Translations under genes and position numbers: made by a program
Part shown: positions 30,902 to 40,300 of the stretch, piece after piece
How the letters are laid out: each line of letters starts with the position of its first letter
Position numbering within the stretch: position 1 is the stretch's first letter
Assembly (NCBI GenBank): GCA_964474415.1
Contig: CAYYSO010000001.1
Location: 1-58,270, forward strand
DNA from: an uncultured Methylomarinum sp.
GTDB taxonomy: Bacteria > Pseudomonadota > Gammaproteobacteria > Methylococcales > Methylomonadaceae
Length of the DNA: 58,270 bases
Direction of reading: 5' to 3'
Notes under the pieces: model-generated
Told to the model about the DNA's origin: nothing
The model's input: the letters and a program-made list of their open reading frames with translations, nothing else
Databases searched by the model: none

Positions 30902-31687
30902 ATGTCCCAAATCCGCCAGCCGGCAGTTGCAGGAGCTTTTTATCCAGACACACCAAAGCAACTGAAAGCATTAATGAAACATTATCTGGATGCTGTTGAG
31001 CCGGCCGCAAAAACCCCAAAAGCCATCATAGTACCGCACGCCGGTTATATTTATTCCGGCCCTGTAGCTGCTACGGCTTATGCCAGATTGAAAGCTGCTG
31101 CGACTACTATTTCCCGGGTTGTGTTACTCGGCCCTTCACACCGGGTTGGTTTTACCGGGTTGGCAGTCACTCATGCTGATCAATTTGCCACACCGCTAGG
31201 AAACATTCCTGTTGATACAGACAAGACCACAGAACTGCTTCGCTTGCCGTTTGTCCATTATCTGGATCAGGCACATACTCAGGAACACAGTCTGGAGGTT
31301 CAACTGCCTTTCTTACAGTTATTGCTGGACTCGTTTACGCTTATTCCTGTAGTGGCAGGCGAGGCAGACCCGGAACAGGTTTGTCAGTTGTTAGAACAGC
31401 TTTGGGGAGGCACTGAAACCTTGATTGTGATCAGTTCTGATTTAAGTCATTTTCATAATTATGTAACGGCTCAGAGACTTGATAAACAAACATCGGAAAA
31501 TATTCAGACCCTACAGTATGAAAAACTGGATTTTGATTCCGCCTGTGGCAGGGTTCCGGTTTGCGGTCTCCTGGCCTATGCCAGAAAACATCACATGCAG
31601 GTTAAAACTGTCGATTTAAGAAATTCCGGTGATACAGCCGGAGATAAATCAAGAGTGGTTGGATACGGGGCCTATGTCATTGAATAA
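30902..31687 (+). CDS. amrB: AmmeMemoRadiSam system protein B (Memo family)
   Basis: RQPAVAGAFYP, PHAGYIYSG, LGPSH, EHSLEVQLPFLQ, SSDLSHF, VVGYGA. Confidence 0.95.
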   Translation: MSQIRQPAVAGAFYPDTPKQLKALMKHYLDAVEPAAKTPKAIIVPHAGYIYSGPVAATAYARLKAAATTISRVVLLGPSHRVGFTGLAVTHADQFATPLGNIPVDTDKTTELLRLPFVHYLDQAHTQEHSLEVQLPFLQLLLDSFTLIPVVAGEADPEQVCQLLEQLWGGTETLIVISSDLSHFHNYVTAQRLDKQTSENIQTLQYEKLDFDSACGRVPVCGLLAYARKHHMQVKTVDLRNSGDTAGDKSRVVGYGAYVIE

Positions 31688-32231
31688 AGAGAATCGACAG
31701 ACTTTGCTGAAGATTGCTCGGCAGTCAATCGAAAATGGTTACAAAACGGGGTATCCGCTCAGTGTCAATTTACGGGATTTTCCTGCGGAATTGATCCAGC
31801 CTCGCGCCACCTTTGTAACCCTGGAAAAAAACCACCAATTAAGAGGCTGTATCGGCATGCTGGAAGCAGTATTCCCGTTAGTCGAAGATGTCTCCGAAAA
31901 TGCTTTTTCAGCCGCTTATAAAGACCCCAGATTTCCTCCAGTGCAAAAAAGTGAACTAGCGATACTGGAAATACATATATCGGTTTTAAGTAAACCGGAA
32001 CCCATAAACTTTAGTTCCGAGCAGGACTTACTGACTAAAGTTCGTTCACAAGTTGACGGATTGATTTTGCAGGATGCCGGCCACAAAGGCACATTTTTAC
32101 CTTCAGTCTGGGAATCTCTGCCGGATAAACAGCAGTTTTTAAGACATTTAAAAAACAAAGCGGGATTGCCAGCCGATTACTGGTCTGACACTTTAAAAGT
32201 CAGTCGGTATACAACTGAAATGGTTGAGTAG
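31674..32231 (+). CDS. amrA: AmmeMemoRadiSam system protein A (AMMECR1 domain)
   Basis: ATFVTL, LRGCIG, DPRFPP, ISVLS, TFLPSVW, KAGL. Confidence 0.95.
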   Translation: MSLNKENRQTLLKIARQSIENGYKTGYPLSVNLRDFPAELIQPRATFVTLEKNHQLRGCIGMLEAVFPLVEDVSENAFSAAYKDPRFPPVQKSELAILEIHISVLSKPEPINFSSEQDLLTKVRSQVDGLILQDAGHKGTFLPSVWESLPDKQQFLRHLKNKAGLPADYWSDTLKVSRYTTEMVE

Positions 32232-32273
32232 ACGGGGGTTATTTATTGCGCATTACCTAAATCGTACGCATTC

Positions 32274-34406
32274 CTAAATAAAGTTCTTTTCCGGCAACCC
32301 TAAATGAAATCCCTGAGCATAATCGATACCCATTTTTTGTAGCCGTTTCATAATCGCTTCAGACTCTACAAATTCGGCCAGTGTTTTCATACCCAATTGC
32401 TGGCAGATATTATTCAGATTTTCAATCAGTACACTGTCTATTTTTGATTCCAGAATATTGGTGATAAAGGCTCCGTCAATTTTCACATATTCAAAATGCA
32501 ACTCTCTAAGATAATGAAATGAATTGTAGCCGCTACCGAAATCGTCCAGGGCAAAAGCAAAACCTTTTTCTCTAAGATTGGTTAAAAACTTGCGCATACT
32601 GGACAAATCACTGATGGCTTCCCTTTCAGTGACTTCAAAAACCAGGCGGTCAGCAGGAATATTATATTCTTTACAAAGTTTTTCAGCATATTGCAAAATA
32701 TCGCGGCGTTGAATTTCCTGTGGCGTCAGATTAATAAACACACGCGGCATAGATCCGTTTAATGATTTATGCCGGGCCATAAATTCTGTCACCTTTTTCA
32801 GCATGACATGATCAAGATTTAAACTGATACCGTATTTGTCAGCTGCCTCGATAAATAAACCCGCCGAAATAATATCGCCTTCTTCCGTTTGCAGCCTTGC
32901 CAGCGCTTCATAGGCAAATATCTCACCATTTTTACAATCCATAATGGGTTGAAAATAGGGAATAATACGTTGCTCTTTTAGCGCTTTCCGCAGTACTTCA
33001 GATAAGCCGATCATTTTTTTGTTATTCGCCACATTATGCCCTAATTCACTGGCAGAACAGACAAAATTTCTGCCTGAATCCTTGGCATGATACAAGGCAA
33101 TATCGGCATTGTTCAGTAAATCACTAGTCGTTTGTGCATCCACGGGATAGGCGGCAAAACCAACCGAAATACTGATATGAACACTTTCCTGCCTTTGCGC
33201 AAAAACAAATTCATAATCCTGCACAGCCTGACGCAGACTATTAGCCACAATACCGGCATAGGCAGCATCTGTTTCCGGCAAGATAATGGAAAATTCATCG
33301 CCACCAACACGGGTCAGGATATCGCCTTTCCGCAATTGCTTTCTTAAAATCTGGGCTACATACACCAGCACCTGATCCCCGCAGAGGTGCCCATAACCAT
33401 CGTTAACCTTTTTAAAGTTATCCAGGTCTATGGACAGTACGCTAAATTGATGATTATGCCGGGAAGCTCTGTCAATCTCATATTGCAGAATTTCGTTGAA
33501 ATAACGGCGATTGTGCAACCCGGTCAGGGGATCATGTTCGGCATAATATTCCAGCTCAAGTAATGATTTATTCAGTGATTTACTGGAGCCGACCACCATC
33601 ACCATCACCGATAATAATGAGCGGATAATACTTTGTTCCTGAATACTTAAAGGATACCCCGAAGCATACCCGACCCCCAGGATGCCGCCCACACCGACTT
33701 TATCTCCCGGCACCCCGACGGTTAATATTTCCAGACTTTCAAATTCTCGTTGCTGCTGGATACCGGAAACAGTGAACTCTTCCAGATCAACCAGACAGTC
33801 AGAATTTACCTTTAATTGCTTAATTAAATCTGTCGTTAATTTTTTTCGGGCAAAGCGTTTGGTTTCATCACTGTATTGACCGAGATAATAAATATAAACA
33901 GAAATACCATTGTCGTCGGCAAAGGCGATAGTAAAAAAATTAAATGGAAAGAAACCATGAAATTCGCGCAAAATATCCTGAACAAACTCCTTCCATTGAG
34001 CTACATTCTCATGAGATAGAATGATGTTCTCCAGCACGCCAGATTGACGCTCAAACAATCTCTTATCGATTAATGTTAATGCTAATCGCTCTATCAATTC
34101 ATGGGTATCAATCAGTAATGACTCAATGTGTTTAAAGTTCCCCCCCGCTTCTTTATTTTTCAGATTATTAAGTAACGTCAGGTTGGTCTTTATGATTTCG
34201 CAGCGCTTGGCAAATGCGGTTGCATCATGGTCGGATAGGGTCTTCAGTTGACTGGATAACAAGCCCGCTTCTTTAATTGCCAACTGAATAACACCTTGGT
34301 CAAACTGCTGCATTCTAACCTGAGATTCCAGCAATTGGGTTAGCGTGTTAATCGAATGAGTATAAAAAGACTTGAGTTGTGAGGGGCGACTATGAAAAAT
34401 TTCCAT
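32274..34406 (-). CDS. GGDEF-EAL c-di-GMP enzyme with uncharacterised N-terminal/GAF-like input
   Basis: HDPLTGLHNRR, RKGD..RVGGDEF, YEALAR, EVTE, LDDFGSG, KIDG, AEFVE, QGF. Confidence 0.93.
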   Translation of the reverse strand: MEIFHSRPSQLKSFYTHSINTLTQLLESQVRMQQFDQGVIQLAIKEAGLLSSQLKTLSDHDATAFAKRCEIIKTNLTLLNNLKNKEAGGNFKHIESLLIDTHELIERLALTLIDKRLFERQSGVLENIILSHENVAQWKEFVQDILREFHGFFPFNFFTIAFADDNGISVYIYYLGQYSDETKRFARKKLTTDLIKQLKVNSDCLVDLEEFTVSGIQQQREFESLEILTVGVPGDKVGVGGILGVGYASGYPLSIQEQSIIRSLLSVMVMVVGSSKSLNKSLLELEYYAEHDPLTGLHNRRYFNEILQYEIDRASRHNHQFSVLSIDLDNFKKVNDGYGHLCGDQVLVYVAQILRKQLRKGDILTRVGGDEFSIILPETDAAYAGIVANSLRQAVQDYEFVFAQRQESVHISISVGFAAYPVDAQTTSDLLNNADIALYHAKDSGRNFVCSASELGHNVANNKKMIGLSEVLRKALKEQRIIPYFQPIMDCKNGEIFAYEALARLQTEEGDIISAGLFIEAADKYGISLNLDHVMLKKVTEFMARHKSLNGSMPRVFINLTPQEIQRRDILQYAEKLCKEYNIPADRLVFEVTEREAISDLSSMRKFLTNLREKGFAFALDDFGSGYNSFHYLRELHFEYVKIDGAFITNILESKIDSVLIENLNNICQQLGMKTLAEFVESEAIMKRLQKMGIDYAQGFHLGLPEKNFI

Positions 34407-35165
34407 TTATTCGACGTCCAGTAAATCACTGCCGCAACGCAAATCATAAAGCCAGCTGAGAAAATCCTCTTTAACCTGCTCTCTATATAAAGGCCCATGT
34501 TGAGGCGCAATAATATCAATATCCAGTTTACGCACTTGCTGAACCCAATAGCGTAATGCCTTGTTAGAGGCCATGTAACGTTTATGAAAACCTTCAGTAT
34601 GAGGCAAATGTTTTTTTAAATCAGTCACAAAAACTTCACAGTCCTCATCATTTTGCACCATTGATGCCCCAACATCCCCGGAAAACAGTATTTTTGAAAT
34701 GGCGTCATAGACATTAATTTGTCCGGGAGAATGCAAAAAGTGGGCGGGAATGAACTTCAAAGCCAATCCTGAATTCAGGGTTATATCCTCACCTTCATCT
34801 TTTATCCCGGTAAACCGTTGTTGCATACCAGTGATACCGTAATGAGGTAAAAAACGCAACCAGATTTTAGAAACATAAACTCTGGCCGGCGTTAGCTTCA
34901 ACCAGCTGCTGAGACCGCCAACAATGTCAGGATCCTGATGAGACAGGACGATAGCTTCAATATCCTGAGGTTGAATATATTGCAACATTTCATTTAGCAC
35001 CTGCGGCATAACACCAAAGCCTCCGGGATCCAGTAATGTGCCTTTACCGTTATGTAGTATTAAATACTGATTGGAAGGAATGCCGTCTTCCGCACCTGAT
35101 TCGCTTTCATTCAATAAAATAAAGCGATGTGATTCGCCATTAAACAAAGAGACATTTTTACGCAT
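34407..35165 (-). CDS. Standalone MBL-fold di-iron protein, ODP (oxygen-binding di-iron protein)/FprA-N-like
   Basis: NQYLI, LLDPGG, SHQDPDI, PAHFLHSPG, FSGDVG, APQHG; no flavodoxin domain. Confidence 0.8.
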   Translation of the reverse strand: MRKNVSLFNGESHRFILLNESESGAEDGIPSNQYLILHNGKGTLLDPGGFGVMPQVLNEMLQYIQPQDIEAIVLSHQDPDIVGGLSSWLKLTPARVYVSKIWLRFLPHYGITGMQQRFTGIKDEGEDITLNSGLALKFIPAHFLHSPGQINVYDAISKILFSGDVGASMVQNDEDCEVFVTDLKKHLPHTEGFHKRYMASNKALRYWVQQVRKLDIDIIAPQHGPLYREQVKEDFLSWLYDLRCGSDLLDVE

Positions 35166-35286
35166 TATAAGTAACTAAAAAGTAATGAATTTAAAATAGA
35201 TTACCAAAAAAAACCAAATTAAAGGGTATTATTAGCGATAACACCATAAAATTCAACTTGTAATCCTAGGATTACATTTTATATTT

Positions 35287-37131
35287 TTACTGATTACTCA
35301 ATAAGCGTTCAAATTGTTCTGCCGGTAAAGGACGGCTTAACAGATAACCCTGTAAAAAATCGCAACCTTCGGCAGTCAGAAAATCACGTTGAATTTCTGT
35401 TTCAACACCTTCTGCAACGATCTTCAAGCCAAGACTGTGACCCATGCTAATGATGGTTTTAGCAATGATCATATCATTGGGGTCTTCGGGGATGTCTTTA
35501 ACGAAAGACCGGTCAATTTTAAGCTTTGCTATAGGTAAATGTTTGAGTTGTGCCAGCGATGAATGACCGGTACCAAAATCATCCATGGAAATAGAAATAC
35601 CCAATGCTTTCATGGCGCGCAGCTCACTTAAATCATCGTATTTCATAATCAGACTTTCTGTCACTTCCATCTCCAGCCTGTTAACCGGAAAATTGATCTC
35701 AGAGACTATTTGATAAAGTTGTTCAGCAAAGCCCGGGCGTAACTGGTTAACAGACAGGTTTATCGCCAGTGAAAATTGCAGTAGCCCTTGTTTCCACCAG
35801 CTATTGCACTGTTTGCAGGCAGTCTTCAATACATAGATGCCCAAATCATTAATTAACCCGGATTGTTCAGCAACAGGGATAAATTCAGCGGGCGATAATA
35901 GACCTCTGGCAGGGTGTTGCCAGCGTACCAGAGCTTCCGCACCAACCAGTCCGGCGCTTTTATGACCGTATTGCGGCTGGTAATGAACGACAAATTCATT
36001 TTGTTTCAGCCCTTGACGAATATCAGATATTAATTGCAGTCGATCGGTGACATTTTGCGTTAGCTTGTCCTGATAATAATAAAAATGACCAGGCCCTTGT
36101 TTTTTGGCTTCGTACATCGCCACATCGGCATTCCGCAATAAATTTTGTGCACAGTCGCCGTTGTCAGGATAAATGCTGATACCAATGCTGACTGACAACG
36201 GATAATTAATATGGCTGAGAGTGAAATCCGGTTTAAATGACTGGCTGATTTTAGCGCAAATATTATCAATACGTTGAATATCGTCAATATTTTCAATCAG
36301 GATCACAAATTCATCGCCCCCCAGCCGGGCAAAGATATCGCTTTTACGCAAGCAGGACTGGATTTTCTCGGCGACGTATTTTAAAACCTGATCGCCGGCT
36401 TCATGTCCCTGGGAATCATTAATATCTTTGAATTTGTCCAGATCAAGAAACAATAAGGCCAGTTTTTTTTGAGTACGTTTTGCTATTAATATAGCGTAGG
36501 CAAGATGATCATAAAAAAATGAACGATTGGGCAGGTTTGTTAAGGGATCATAATGAGCAAGCTTCCACAACTGTGATTCCTCCTGCTGCCTTTTAATCAC
36601 GATCCCGGCGATATAAGCACAGGTTTCCAGTAAGCGCTTGTAAAATTCCGAAGGCTGTCTCTCTTCAAAACTGGACAGGGCAAACGAACCAACCGGCCTT
36701 TGTCCATTGATGCGGATGGGGTTAGACCAGCAGGCTCGAATATTAAAATCCAATGCAAATTGCTGTAAATAACGCCAACGCTGATCAATTTCTATATTAC
36801 AAACATATTGGGGCTTATCACTATAAACTGCCGTACCGCAAGAACCTGCTTGCGGACTGGGCACCAGACCGTTAAGTTGATCAATAGCTTGCTGTGGTAT
36901 CGAAGGTGCGGCAATAACTTCCAGAAATGAATGCGTCGGGTCAAAAACCATCACCGAAGCAACTGCATTGGAAATTAATGTTTCTGCGGCTTTACATAAG
37001 GCATTGAGAACGTCTTCATGTTCAGCGCCCGAAGCAAGCTTTTGCAGAATGTTATTTTGTATCATCAATAATGAATCAGCCTGTTCTCTTGTACAGGTAT
37101 TTATCTTGATGCTGGATGAAGTAGCTTCCAT
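35287..37131 (-). CDS. GAF-GGDEF-EAL protein
   Basis: GAF (GSCGTAVY, RACWSNPI), YDPLTNLPNR, RLGGDEF, AEALVRW, MDDFGTG, AEGVE. Confidence 0.94.
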   Translation of the reverse strand: MEATSSSIKINTCTREQADSLLMIQNNILQKLASGAEHEDVLNALCKAAETLISNAVASVMVFDPTHSFLEVIAAPSIPQQAIDQLNGLVPSPQAGSCGTAVYSDKPQYVCNIEIDQRWRYLQQFALDFNIRACWSNPIRINGQRPVGSFALSSFEERQPSEFYKRLLETCAYIAGIVIKRQQEESQLWKLAHYDPLTNLPNRSFFYDHLAYAILIAKRTQKKLALLFLDLDKFKDINDSQGHEAGDQVLKYVAEKIQSCLRKSDIFARLGGDEFVILIENIDDIQRIDNICAKISQSFKPDFTLSHINYPLSVSIGISIYPDNGDCAQNLLRNADVAMYEAKKQGPGHFYYYQDKLTQNVTDRLQLISDIRQGLKQNEFVVHYQPQYGHKSAGLVGAEALVRWQHPARGLLSPAEFIPVAEQSGLINDLGIYVLKTACKQCNSWWKQGLLQFSLAINLSVNQLRPGFAEQLYQIVSEINFPVNRLEMEVTESLIMKYDDLSELRAMKALGISISMDDFGTGHSSLAQLKHLPIAKLKIDRSFVKDIPEDPNDMIIAKTIISMGHSLGLKIVAEGVETEIQRDFLTAEGCDFLQGYLLSRPLPAEQFERLLSNQ

Positions 37132-37339
37132 TTCTATAATATTAATTTATTGTCGCTTGCTCTGCCTGAATATACCTTATTAAAAACCAAAACAAATCTA
37201 AAAGTCTATTTATAGCATATTTCTTGTGGCAATATTTGTTTAAAAAAATGAGACAAGTTCGACAAAAACAAAGTTTAAATTTAATGCTATAGTCAAAAAC
37301 ATGTGCATTTTTGCTGTAGTCAACATATGAGGCCAGCTA

Positions 37340-40300
37340 TTGATGAAGAGTTTGTTGAATTATCAAATTATTGATCGCCTGGGTATCAGCTTGCACGCTC
37401 ATGTCTATAAAGCCTTGGCCGACGATAACTCCGGGGCTGTCGTAGTATTAAAGAAAATCAATCTCCAATTTTGTAACCCTGAACTGGCGGCTTACCTGCA
37501 ACAGCAAATTGATCATCTGTCTGATCTGAGTATTGAACATATTATTTTGCCGGGTGTAATCAATCCAAACAGTGAACTATTGTGTCTGATTCAGCCGTGG
37601 ATACAGGGACAATCTTTAGACAAATGGATGGTGAATTACCCCCACCCCGAGATGGAGGAGATTATAAAAATTGTATTGGCGATTGCCGGACAGGTCGAGC
37701 AACGTCATAAAGCCGGTCATATCCACAAAAGCATTAAACCCAGTAATGTGCTAATTCAGTCTGATCCCTTAAAAGTCAAGATTATTGATGATGTGCGGAT
37801 ACTGGATATTAATCAAATCAGCCATTTTATTTACAATGATTATTTTCGTCGTCAGACTTTGCCTTATTTGTCTCCGGAACAAACCGGTCGGATTAAGCAG
37901 ACCGTCAACTACTCGACCGACTTGTACGCACTGGGAATGATTTTTTACCAGTTACTCACGGGGAAGCCACCTTTTTTATTTGACGACCCCATTACCATTA
38001 TTCATTCCCATCTGGCTGAAACGCCAGTCCCGATACACAAAATTAACCCGGCTGTGCCAAAAACATTGAGCCGGATTGTCAGCCTGTTACTGGAAAAAGC
38101 CCCTGAAAAACGCTATCAAACTGCATCCGGTTTAGCTATCGATTTGCAGCGATGTTTAAAAGACTGGCAGGAACACCGACATATCAGTCGCTTCACCTTA
38201 AAACAAAAGGATTTTAGCAACCGCATTACCATTCCTTCGCTCATGGTCGGCCGCGATCAGGAAAAAAAATGCCTGCTTGATGAGTACAATAAAGCCTGTT
38301 CCGGAATATTTCGGGCAGCATTGATTTCCGGTCTGTCGGGCATAGGAAAAACCCGGTTGATTCAGGAACTGCAATTACCGATAGTCGCACATGCCGGATA
38401 TTTTGCTTCCGGAAAATTCGATCAATTTAAAAAACACATCCCTTACAGCACCTTGATTCAGGCATTAACCCATCTGATCAAGACATTTTTAACTGAAGAC
38501 AGCCAGCGTATTCATTACTGGCAAGAGCGAATCAGCCAACAATTAGGGGAAAACGGCCAATTAATGATTGATTTGCTGCCGGAACTGGAATTGATTATCG
38601 GACCGCAGAGTCCGGTCCCCGATTTACCGCCAGTGGAAGCCCGTAACCGCTTTAATGATGTAGCCGAAAAGTTTATTGCCTGCCTGGCCAGTCAAGAACA
38701 TCCGTTAACACTGTTTATAGATGATCTGCAATGGTGTGACGGCGCTACCTTTGATTTACTGGAACGCATGTTTAATAACGCTATGGATTATCCTTATCTT
38801 TATTGGATCGGCGCTTATCGGCATAACGAAGTGGATCAGAGTCACCGCCTGACCGGGTTGATCAAGAAGGTAAAACAAGCCAAAAGACCATTGCAGGAAA
38901 TTCGCCTGTCTCCTCTGAAATTATCTGATGTTAACCAGATGACTGCGTATATACTCAACACCTATCCTTCCAGAACAGAAGTACTGGCGGATATTATTTT
39001 TCATACTTCCGCAGGCAATCCGTTATTTGTTAATGAAAGCCTGCGCTGGTTACACAGCTATCGGCATTTGCGACTGGGTGAAGATGGCGTATGGACCTGG
39101 GATGATGAGCAGTTACGCCATACGGCAATACCTGATTCAGCGCTGGATTTGTTTAAAGACAAAATTGCCAAGCTTAATTCTGAATCACAACGGCTTTTAG
39201 CCATTGCTGCCTGTCTGGGAGCCAGCTTTGAAGCAAAGGATCTGGCTCTGGCAGCCGATAAATCATTAGCGGATTTATACCAGGCACTAGCCGATTGTTT
39301 CGTGAATAATATTTTGCTGCGTGAGAAAGAACAACTGTTCTTCTTTCATGACCAGGTGCAGGCAGCGGCAGAAAGTTTTATGAATGAAGCTCGAAAACGC
39401 CGGGTTCATAAACAGATTGCCAATGCCTTAATCAGCGCGATTCCTGAACACACTGATCCGGAAAGTTTGCCCAATCTGTTTGCTATTGTTGAACATCTGG
39501 CCGATGGCAGAACGGACCAACAAAGCGAAGAAGAACGCCGACAGGAGGCGGAATTTAATTATCATGCCGGTATTAATGCGATGAGAGCATTAGCAATGGA
39601 TAATGCTAATTTTTTCTTTCGTCAAAGTAAAGAGCTCTTTCCTGATCAATCCTGGGACCGGCATTACGCCTTTTTATTTTCACTACACAAATATCTGGCC
39701 CGAACTGAAATGGCGCTGGGTCATCAGCCGGAATCTGAACATATCTTAAATATCCTGATTGAAAAATCAAAAAATGATCTTGACCGGATTGATTGTCTGT
39801 ACGAGCAGACCACCGGTTTGTCATCAATGGGAAAATTTAAACAGGCCATTGAACTGGGCAACCGCGCCTTACGTTTTTTCAACCGGGAAATTCCTGATGA
39901 CGATAATCAGGCATTAGCAAAATCTGCGGTTATTATTGAACAAATCCATCAGGGCAACCGGGACATCTGGCAACAGATTCTCAATATTGTACCTAGCGGC
40001 GACCGGGCAACGAAAATTGAAACCGGCATCTACAGTGAACTGATTCCCGATTACTATCTGGCCGGAATGGTACCTCAGTTGTATTTATCGGCTATTCAAT
40101 CAACTCAGAACTGTCTGACGGGCGGAGTGGATGAAACCGTTATTTATGGATTTTCCATGGTCGGTCTTTATTTACAGCGCCAAGATCAGTATGACATGTC
40201 CTTTCGATATGAAGACCTGGGATTGGCATTGGCCGAGCGTTATCCGGATACCTTTGGCGCCACCAAAGGTATTAACGGCATCTTGTGGACTAATATGCAT

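Noticed and set aside
34407-35165. Metallo-beta-lactamase resistance gene
   Set aside because: HQDPD replaces HxHxDH, there is no signal peptide, and the context is signalling
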